This document shows positions 54,135 through 64,000 of a DNA stretch of 64,000 nt, one piece after another. How positions within the stretch are numbered: the stretch's first letter is position 1; each line of letters starts with the position of its first letter. Below the pieces are notes generated by a model. It did not search any database and was not told the DNA's origin. It saw only the letters and a program-made list of their open reading frames with translations. The translations under genes and the position numbers were made by a program. Source of the DNA: Trichoplax adhaerens (Eukaryota > Animalia > Placozoa); contig NW_002060948.1 in NCBI RefSeq assembly GCF_000150275.1, forward strand, positions 2,348,180-2,412,179, read 5' to 3'.

Positions 54135-55799
54135 ATCGGTTCATTAAAAGTAACTGCTTTAGGCACCGTAAATGGGCTGTAATAGCCATATTTTGAGTAT
54201 AGTTAGCCTATCGATTAATAAAAGGTATGGCAACAGCGTTTGAAGATGAAGAATTACTTCTAAAAATCTAAGCTTCTACTAGCATATTCTGAAATAGCTT
54301 GTGGATATTAAAGGTGAATAGACCCTGAGGCTATACAAGGTATTCTGTTAAGCTGAATAAGGCTTTGAGAGTATCAACAAACAAGTTCGCAAAAATAACT
54401 GTTGTACTGATAAAATAGGTTCACAAACTGAAATGAAGCGTTATCAGATTCGAATTAATTTTTCCATTAGATTAATAAATGCTGTAATTATTGATAACAT
54501 TTTTTCCATCAGTAAGTAATCGAATAACCTTTTTTCATGGTTATGAATTCGGTTTCGTGCACAAACATTATTGCCACCCTCACCCCTATCGTGAACTTTT
54601 TCACTATTATCAATTTACTAAAATCGTGAGATTTTGTATCGTAAGTGATTACTACAATTGTTATTGTAACTACAGTGATTCATTCCTTCTGCCTTAATTA
54701 ATTTCATTAAATTACCGTACCATGATAGTAAACTTTAATATTTGTGAACAATCTTAAGACAATCACTTGTTCATAAAGATAAAATTAATATACTACTAAT
54801 AATAAACGCAAACATTGCCTATACGTAACACCACGAAGGTATTACTTTAGAAATAGCTTACAGATAAAATTACGCGAGAAATTTTTGCCTATGATGTATT
54901 ATAACTTTAATTTTGATATTAATTAAATATTAAATGATGAATAAAGAAGATAAGATAAAAATACTAGTAAATTAAAGTACTGTACGTGGGTATTGATTAT
55001 ATGATACTCTGTTCCACCAGAATGATTACGCTCATTCATATCTAGAAATTTATTAAACCTTTGAGCGAAATTAAAAGCGATTTTCGAATAAACACTATCC
55101 TATATATTTAAGGATAGGCATCAAAAGTGTGAATTAAATGTGGGAGATAAAAGCTTTGATTTATGGTCTTTAAGCGCTTCGATAAAGTCCGTCTAATAAT
55201 TAATTAAAATTTTCATTTGTTATGGATTGCGAATTAACATATAATTTTTAGTCGTTCTTATAACCATAAATTTATAGTAAAGAACGCTACCCATAATTTC
55301 TACATAGTCAGGTTAGTGGCATTTTAATAAGGTGAATGATAGATGTCTTTACTAAATAGCGAGCCTTTATGAAATTTAGTAAATTGGAATTTAGATAATT
55401 TGCGAGCATATATAAGCAAAGATATAGGGTGCAAGCATATAAAACATCGCTGCTGTATTGTAATGAAAATTATATCTATATAAATAGTGTTAAAATAATG
55501 TAATTCGATTTCTTTTGCCTTCTAAGTTAGCTTATTGAATGTATTTAAACAACCTATTCACGACTAATTTTTTGTTTATAATGCTGGATTTTTAAGGCTT
55601 TGTTAATCTAACTATTATATTGCAAAATTTATGATTGTCATAGGATTAATTAACCGCGATATATACCAGTATTTCATTACCGACCTAAAGCTATGCACTG
55701 AACGTTCTCTAATTTCTGTCTTTGCCTTTAAAAAATTCCAGTTCAATTAATGATTCGTGGATTCTTTATCTAGTTCTTGTTGATATAATCGATGCAGAA

Positions 55800-57250
55800 T
55801 GTACACGTAGAAAAAATCAAGCAGAAATCATTAATCAAGTGTAATCAAGCATGAAACTATTATTCTAGTTATTGACTAAATAAATTTCAACTTACCCAAA
55901 CACGTACCGGATACGCAATGTGCCAAGTTATATTCAGGCGATCGATTTGCTCATCCTAGACATGTAACGAAAATCTTTCATTAGTCTTATCGAAAGATAA
56001 TCTTGGAAGAATGAGTCATTTTGGTAAACTAACTTAGCTAACATAGGGATAACGTATCACTTACTATTCTTGAATTTCTTTACTGTTTTAATCAAGGCGA
56101 TTTTAGATAGAATTGTAGCTTCAAGGTCCATCGGAGTTATGACCATAACAGTTCCCAAATTCTTTCAATAACAGATGGTAGTTGTAACGAAATAGCAATC
56201 TCATGGTCATGGTAAGCTCTATTTCACTAGTATGTACGCATGTAGATTGTACATGTAGCATCTAAACAATATCTAGAAATTATTTTGTTTTTAGCTAATC
56301 TGATATTGATTATAATTACTGTATAAAGTTTTCCTAGGCCTAAGAATTTGATAATCCATTGATATTTGGATAAAGTAGTTGGTAAAATGGCATGCCATCC
56401 ATCAGCAGCTTACTTAACGTCAGTATTTGGTTTCATGAAGAGTAACAGATATTTTTAATAGTGCGAAAAGGATACGCCAGCACCTAGCAGTTTAAATTGT
56501 TTACTAGTTAAAATTACAGTGCCTAATCTTCCTGCGAACATTCGGTGAAATAATATAATTGTCTTACTTTGACTAGTTGAGTACGTTATTATTATTTTAT
56601 CTGAATAGCGTAGGCATAATATAAAAGATACCGATTGGCGGCAAGTTAAGAAGCGTCTTGAATGAAAAGCCGACTAATGACTTCCTTTCAATAACATTTC
56701 TCATCATATCCTATTTTCGAAATCTATTTTAATCAATCGGCAAGGCTTCAGCCATTTCTTTCTGAAGCTCGAATATCAATTTTTACAAGTCTTTGGCTAC
56801 TGCTAGAATATAAACTTCTAGCATAGTTATCAATCCGTATTTTCTTGTTATTCGATAATTATTTTGATATTTTCTATTTACAAGCGACTTGAATTCGGCG
56901 TATCCGTTACAATTGGCAAAAGTTAGAAATAAATAAACTTTGCCTATATCTATAATTTCCCTTAAAGTTCGATAAATGGAAACAATAAGCAGCAGTGAAG
57001 GGTGCAATACTTGCAACATGCTTTAATTCTGTAATTTAGGAACTTTATCACTAATCTCATTCTAATTTTATGGACATCTCAAAACATCTAAACTGAGCAT
57101 TTTCTCATTCTATTAAATTCTCAAACAATTTAATACCATATAGTGACATCAGTACTTTAACTTATGAATTTTTTACTTCATAGTAACAATGTCTTTCAAT
57201 AGTGAAATTCTTAAGTAATTTATCGCTGTTTAGTGACTTGTGATAAAATC
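55800..57250 (-). pseudogene. Probable decayed leucine-rich-repeat gene remnant
   Basis: Broken frames with LRR-like pieces (NQILTLSKLLMDGMP, INGLSN, VPKLQN, TLLNLP). Boundaries are approximate. Confidence 0.35.
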
Positions 57251-57265
57251 CGATCACGAATGTTC

Positions 57266-57665
57266 TAATTAGAATTGCCAGTTTACTAGCAAAGCGATAG
57301 ATATTGATGGATTTTTAGAATTGACTTTTATGTTTGTCTACTTTCCATCTGTTGCGGAGAATGTTATACGGAGAATTACCGTACTGATTTCATTCAATCA
57401 GGCTTAATAATGTATCAACACGATAGATAATCAAAATAGAGCTTTGCCGTTGTAATGTAACTTAGTAATTAGAATTGCCGGTTTACTAGCAAAGCGATAG
57501 ATATTGATGGATTTTTAAAATTGACTTTTATGTTTGTCTACTTTCCATCTGTTGCAGAGAATATTATACGGAGAATTGCCGTACTGATTTCATTCAATCA
57601 GGCTTAATAATGCATCAGCACGATAGATAATCAAAATAGAGCTTTGCCGTTGTAATGTAACTTAG
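57266..57665. repeat. Head-to-tail duplication of exactly 200 bp
   Basis: 57266-57465 versus 57466-57665; I count 7 substitutions and no indels. Confidence 0.97.
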
Positions 57666-57712
57666 TATTGTGATTGTAGACTGTTAGCCATGTTTAGTAT
57701 AATGTACGGTAG

Positions 57713-58083
57713 ATATTTATCCTAGGAGACGTTTGGTAGCCATAAATATGGACTGTAGTGGTATAGACTCTATGCTAGAGTACAGATGACTATATACTGT
57801 ACAATAAGGTGTTGCGTTACTAATAAGGTCATAGGTAAAAATAGAACTGTAAATCATATATTAGGATATGGTTAATTCATTATACTTTGGCTGGTATGAA
57901 TAATGTCTACGTAAATACTGTAGTCGCATCCATATCGGATTAATGATGGTCCGCAGTGGAATAGTGTTACTAAGAGTAATTTTACTATGTGTAAAATAAG
58001 GTAAAAGGTTGCCATGCGGATTGTAGCTGCGAATGCTACGAAAAGTCTAAAAGCATACAACTTTAGATTATTCTGTTAGTTCG
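57713..58083 (-). repeat. Diverged ~370-bp repeat, inverted partner of 63610-63976
   Basis: The reverse complement aligns to 63610-63976, and the ORF-track peptides 57872-58060 and 63632-63820 are colinear homologs. Confidence 0.85.
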
Positions 58084-58599
58084 CTAGGTCTATCAAATGG
58101 TAATACTATCTGTTAAATGAGCACATTATCGTAAACCGTCAGCAAAGCGACGGGAGTTTGTATTAGTTTTTCTAAAATTTGGAATTTCGTGATTGGTATA
58201 TATCACAGCCGTATACAGTAATCTTTTCACATATTGTACCGTAACTAACTGATCATTCATAAATGGAATTTCAGTTCTGTTAACCAGGTAATCGGGTTAC
58301 AATAGATAAAGAAGCCTATCTTGTAATGATATTCCGATATAAATAACGTAAAGTATAGTTGATGTGCTTTATGTTTCTATTTTGTTGCAAATGCTGTAAT
58401 CGTTTTGTTATTATAATCATGCTGTAAAGTAGGTAAATTAATTTCCCCTTAATATAATAAAAGGAATATAGTAATTGCAAGTCTCCTGCAGTTGTTTGAT
58501 ATTGCAATCATGTTATGAAGCAGGTAAGTTAATTTTCTTTCAACCTAATAGGAGGAACATAGTTATTGCAAGTTCAAATTTTAAACTTTATTAATAATT

Positions 58600-60220
58600 C
58601 CACAAATAATTCAACAATCTATAAGGTAGTATGTCTAATAGTGTAATGCCTCAGAACTATATCGGTTGTCATAGATTAGCTATATGGATATTGATATGAT
58701 GGACGCAAAATTTTTCTAGTTATTAGCATATCACGTATATATAGCATTCGCATTATCTTAACTTAGATCACTTTAACCAAATAATCTTGAACTAATCTTG
58801 GTATAGATGAAAAGACATAATCGTCAATCTATAAACAGAAAGACTGGCATATATAATATTTTGTTTTAATACTGTCATATGCTAGTCATTTTGCATTTAG
58901 AAGTAACTAATTTGCTACTTAATGTTGGTTCCTAGACATTAATAAGTGAAGAGAGTTAGAAACAAAACATATCATGATTATTTAACTAAAGGAATAGCAT
59001 ACAAATAATTCAACAATTAAACATTTCAATATCGGCTTTAAGTAGTTTGATGGAAGTACTATCAAGAGGTAAATATTAATATTATATCTATATAAGTAAT
59101 CGTCAAAATTTGATTGCCATATAATGCATCATTTATTTATAAATATAATATTTAGAGATTCTTTGTAATATTAACTTTGGTGGTTGCTTAATTATAATCT
59201 TTTTAATCAAGCTTAGAAATTGTATTATGAAATCAGTAGTGTTCTAAACGTTTCCTTTGGGCACGGCAACTTCTCATAGATCACATTTAAAACTTATTGG
59301 ATTAATAAGTCGACAGGATTTGAATAAACGCAAGTGAATATGACAGCCTCAGTTTTACGGTATTAACAGCTGGTTGGATCTAATATTATTAACATCACCG
59401 TAGTAATATTTAAATTAGTAATGGAAATTGGAAATCCCCACAAGTTTGTTAAGGCTAGAAATAAATTCCTTCCTATTACTTTAAAAGCTCACGGTTGATC
59501 CATCTCCTAGTATCAGAGTATCGTTTGCTTCATTAAACGATCCTAGAATTCTTCCATATAACTTTTATACTAACTGATTATCTTGAAACGTTGTTAGTTC
59601 TAGAATTCAGTGGATTTGAATAGTTTATTATCCATGATCTAAGATTTAGACCTTGTTCAACTATGTCGACGAGAGGAGAATCGAATAGAATATTGAATTG
59701 GATAATTTTAATTTTGCCTGTCTAGCCATTTAAACTTCCTGCCTACGGCATCAGCCGATACAAATTTGTCCAATTTGGCCGAGGAAATGATCAGTTTACA
59801 TACGATAAATATGTATAGTCGAAATCTCATAGTAACAAGTAGAAGTTTAAAGAATGTGATTGAACCAGCAAATTTTACTTTGCCTACACGAAACCTATAA
59901 CAGACATTTTGCTAAGGCGTTGCTAACATTTATATGTTTCCCTGCAGGTTAGAAAAATCGTCCAATCCGTGTGTATTTCTTTCATTTCTAGATTCTTGAT
60001 ATTTGTTACAAATTACTTTAACTCGAATACTTTCCACTGGATATTGCCTGAGGCAATGTTGTCTATTTATACCTAAACGATGGAAGTGATATTTATTATC
60101 CATTGTTAAGATCTTTAAACAGGCAAAATTTATCGATGTATTTAGCCCAGTTATTTCTTCTCCTTTAATCTCATAACGGAGTTATATACTCGTATTACAT
60201 TAAGCCTGCAGATTATATAA
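58600..60220 (-). pseudogene. Probable decayed leucine-rich-repeat gene remnant
   Basis: Fragments LYGNQILTI, IDDYVFSSIPRLVQ and DNQLV among stops and frameshifts. Boundaries are approximate. Confidence 0.4.
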
Positions 60221-60354
60221 GATTAAGATTAATGAATTCGAATTAAAAAGGTCTAATAAAGTTCTCTATGCATAAAATGTTCTATATCGATAGATATAGT
60301 ATTTAATAACGACATATGTGATGCACAATTTAAAACTACCACCACGACAAAACC

Positions 60355-61410
60355 TTACAGATCAGTTAGAATAGGCTTTTTTTTGCCTAATGGACATGTT
60401 GATGAAGATTTTGAAAAGCGACTATCAAAACTAGCTTTGGATAGAGACAACTGTGTTGATGATCTTGCTGATTTAATAGTTAATCTTTTGATATCATCAC
60501 GCATCTTTGTACTAAATAATCCATAAATAATAGGATTAACACAAGAATGCATGTTGATTATAAAACGTAATATAGCAGCTACAAAAACTGCACTTCGATA
60601 ATCAATACCGATATTGGGGAATAAAACGATGACATAAAATATTTGATAGGGGAAGTAGCAAAGAATAAAGAATACAGCCACTAAAGCAAGCATTTTAATG
60701 ACTCGTTGCCGATGTGTAGCAGCAGCCTGTAATGTCTGATCTTCTATTAGCTTGTTAAAATGAGTGGCAATTTTGGCATGGCAAACGACTATAAATATTA
60801 AAGGGATAACGGATAAAATAACGAATAAACAGATGATATAAGTAGTACGATAGGTGTCTATAGGCCAGTCTTCTTGGCAGTAATCCAAGCCATCAAACTT
60901 ATTGACTGTTAAATGCATCCACTGAGGTATAACAACGCCAATGCTGATTAACCAAATCAGTAGGATTAACAAATTAATAGTAAATGATGACATACCTTGC
61001 CAACGTTTACCAACAAGAGCTCGATAACGATCATAACTAATTAATGCTAATATTAGCATAGATACACGTAACCCTAAATGGCTCAAGCCAAAAGTAAGTT
61101 TGCACATCAGCATTCCAAAGATGAAATGGCCCATTAATGTGGAGGCCACATAAAATGGCATAGTAACAGTTATCAGTAAATCAGCCAAGGATAGATTGAG
61201 TAACAATTTATATATGTTAGATTTTTGAACTCCTCTATTAATGATTACAGCACATATGATACTATTGCCAATAAGGGAAAGTAAGCAAACAGCTCCATAC
61301 AAAGCACTTAGAACCATAATAAACACATTAGGCTTGTTATCAATGACCGTCTCAGCCGTTGCGTTCATAGATGGCCATGATGTTGTATAATTTTTAATAG
61401 AACCTTCCAT
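60355..61410 (-). CDS. Intronless rhodopsin-class (class A) GPCR, neuropeptide-receptor-like, 351 aa
   Basis: GN in TM1, NLSLADLL, CK in TM3, DRY, W in TM4, YCQEDWP in ECL2, FFILCYFPY, SCVNPIIY. First ATG at 61410 (MEGSIKNYT..NAT, with N-glycosylation sites). Confidence 0.95.
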   Translation of the reverse strand: MEGSIKNYTTSWPSMNATAETVIDNKPNVFIMVLSALYGAVCLLSLIGNSIICAVIINRGVQKSNIYKLLLNLSLADLLITVTMPFYVASTLMGHFIFGMLMCKLTFGLSHLGLRVSMLILALISYDRYRALVGKRWQGMSSFTINLLILLIWLISIGVVIPQWMHLTVNKFDGLDYCQEDWPIDTYRTTYIICLFVILSVIPLIFIVVCHAKIATHFNKLIEDQTLQAAATHRQRVIKMLALVAVFFILCYFPYQIFYVIVLFPNIGIDYRSAVFVAAILRFIINMHSCVNPIIYGLFSTKMRDDIKRLTIKSARSSTQLSLSKASFDSRFSKSSSTCPLGKKKPILTDL

Positions 61411-62090
61411 GGCTATTTTAAAAATTAATTCAATAAGTAATATTAATAATTTGTGAATTAAAAGTGTATTAATAGCAAGTTCAGTAAAATTCAATAAAGA
61501 GCTAGGAAAAAGTACAGTAAATAATATGATAATAGCGTTATTAATATTGATATGATTTTAACTCGAAGTTTTACGCATAAACTTAGTTTAAAAAAATTAA
61601 AAAGGATGATAACAGGAATCACAAGAAACATGGAAATTAAGAAATATCCAAAAAATTGAAGCATTAATTCACATCCCACAGTAACATAAATTTATCAATG
61701 AAGGATAATCGAGTAAGGTTGAGCAATTTAAGATACAAGAGTTTCAAATAATGAGCATGAGTAATTACCCCTTTATCCTAAATTGACCTGAAGATATGTT
61801 GAGTAATAGGTTATATTTAGTTTGAATGAATAAAGAATAGAAAGCTCATTTTGGCAGATGAATAAGTCAATTTCATTCTTTAAACTTCCTATAGACTTGA
61901 ATCAAGCGTTTTACAGTAAACAACTTTGTTGACAAAAAAATCGACGGATTGATCTGTTAACTATTCATTTCTTTAAAATTAAAAAATGTACTTCTCTTAT
62001 AGTTTCACTTAATTACAATTATTGTTTTTATTCTTTGGCCAAGATATTCAAAGTCTTTCAAGTTTAGAAAGGTAATAAAGTTCCCATTAG

Positions 62091-62895
62091 GAAGCTGGAT
62101 TTAGTATCGTCAAAAATCCAGTTATCAATTACAGTATATCGGATTGATAAGCAACTTATAGTGTAAATAATATGTCATTAAAGTCGTCAGATTACACTTG
62201 GATAATCTCTTATCAATAATTCCGCTAATAAAATTTAAAATAGTGAATAAGCAACGGTTCATTAGCTGTCAGTATGCTAGATAACATTATTTCAAACAGG
62301 GATCACAAATATAGTTAAAAAAAAGCCCCTACTATTTAGTTATTCTCAACTGTCTAAAACTTCTTTCTAAATTAGATAGGCCGTTAATCTTCATATTTTT
62401 ACGAAAGATAGTTCAATGCCTAATTAAGCCGATTTATATGGCCACTTTTATGAATTTTTGATCATATCCATATTAAACCCTATCTATTAAGTCTTTCATA
62501 TTTGAAGTTGGATTTAGTATAGTTAAAAAGCCAGCTATCAATTACAATTTATCAGATTGATAGGCAATTTGTCGTTGTAACAATGTACTGTATCATCAAA
62601 GCCAACAGCATGGATAATTTCTAGTCATAATAATCTGCTAATGAAATCCCAAATAGCGGATAGGATTGAGTTTTGAGCTGTTAGTATACTAAATAAAATT
62701 ATACCAAACAGGGATCACAAGTATAGTTAAAGGTGGTTTTATTATTTAGTAATTCTTTCAACTATCTTAAACTTTCTAAATTAGGTAGGCCATTAATCTT
62801 CATGCTTTATTTTTACGAAAGATAATTCAGGGCCTAATTAAGCCGAATATGCGACTGCTTCCATGAATTTTTGATCGTATCAGTATCGAACCTAT
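62091..62895. repeat. Diverged tandem duplication (~413-bp period) within a probable LRR remnant
   Basis: gaagctggatttagtatcgtcaaaaatccagttatcaattac at 62091 versus gaagttggatttagtatagttaaaaagccagctatcaattac at 62504. Both share aaacagggatcacaa and cctaattaagccga. The minus strand reads INGLPNLESL and INGLSNLE. Confidence 0.85.
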
Positions 62896-63609
62896 CATTC
62901 AATCAATACAAAAATCTTGGATAATCACAACAGAAATTTAGGAGATCTGCTATACAACATACCGTATCGATAACATTGTTTGCTATTACTATATAAAGAA
63001 GGATTGAAGTTTTCTATTCGCAATTATCGCTCTCTGTAAGCAAATAGCGGAGGTTTTCAAAAGTTACGTTAACATCGATGATTAAATTCATACCGTACGC
63101 AGAACGTACGGAATCAACAATAGGATTGTATGAAGCACTTGTCAAAAGTGGATCCCCCAATTTTTCTGATGCAATGGTGTGACTTACGGTAACTAAAGTA
63201 GTTTATAAATCCATAAGCGATCATTGAAAGGTACTGATCAAGTGTCATGTCTTTAATAAAGGAGAGTAATATTCATATAGAGTCTAACTCTTTCGAAAGG
63301 ACAAACCCACGAAAAAATTGTATACCAATTAAACCTTACGTTTGTTACAAACTGCCAAGAATCTACGGGCTAATCAGTAATCGATCAATCAATGCAGGAA
63401 ATGTGGTATGGACAGATAGATTATTCAATTATAATGTCAAATAAAATGCTTGATGATTATCAAATTTAGACCAGATCGGCTGTTGAGATAAAATTCGATC
63501 ACGAATATTCCAAGTTGTGGAAAATTAGAACTTGATCAGATCTGATATAAAGACTAGCTACGCACAGCTCTACTCTAGCCGAATACAACTACCGAAAGAC
63601 TTGTAGAAA

Positions 63610-63976
63610 GAACTGACTGAACAATCTAAAGTTGCCAACTTATATATATTTCGTAGCAGTCATAGCCACAATCAGTATAGCAACATTCTACCTTAATTTA
63701 CACTTATTCAAATTATTATTAGTAGCAACATTTTACAGCGGACCATCATTCATCCGATATGGAAACAACCGTAGTATTTCCGTAGATATTATTCTTAGCA
63801 GTCAAAGTACGGTAAACTAAGTATATCTTAATATATGATTTACAGATCTGTTTTTACCTCTAGCCTTAATAGTAACTGGACATCTTACTATATATATAGT
63901 CATCTGTACTATAGCATAGAATCTAGCATTACAGTCGACAGTAGCGAGCTTTCAAGTACGTCTTAAGATAAATATA
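63610..63976 (+). repeat. Diverged ~370-bp repeat, inverted partner of 57713-58083
   Basis: Same alignment as the partner copy; shared gcggaccatcatt(c/a)atccgatatgga and tatatgatttacag. Confidence 0.85.
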
Positions 63977-64000
63977 GAAAGTTACGCTCCCGTACATCTT

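Noticed and set aside
61411-61494. 28-aa N-terminal extension of the GPCR in the ORF track
   Set aside because: It begins at a non-ATG codon in AT-rich sequence; ATG 61410 gives a normal glycosylated N-terminus.

Overview
AT-rich, intron-rich eukaryotic DNA with short GT-AG introns. The gene content and style suggest an early-branching animal, most like a placozoan such as Trichoplax (inference, not verified). Manual splicing supports five intact genes: two paralogous, divergently oriented adhesion GPCRs with an N-terminal C-type lectin domain, GAIN/GPS and secretin-type 7TM (~3.4-11.9 kb minus; ~47.0-54.1 kb plus); a type II membrane M1 aminopeptidase (24346-31904 plus); a multi-pass membrane gene that appears to concatenate three MS4A/CD20-like 4-TM modules (~33.7-36.0 kb minus); and an intronless rhodopsin-class peptide-receptor-like GPCR (60355-61410 minus). 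Non-coding and decayed content: three ~440-bp solo LTRs (TGTCAC...GTGACA, 5-bp target-site duplication clear in one copy), a decayed class A GPCR, probable LRR and NACHT remnants, a composite minisatellite bracketed by self-complementary TACAG/CTGTA tracts and hairpins, several local tandem and inverted duplications, and a 73-N assembly gap. The most novel candidate is the triple MS4A-like protein. All exon models were read by eye, the 5' ends of three genes are unresolved, and no database searches were run.
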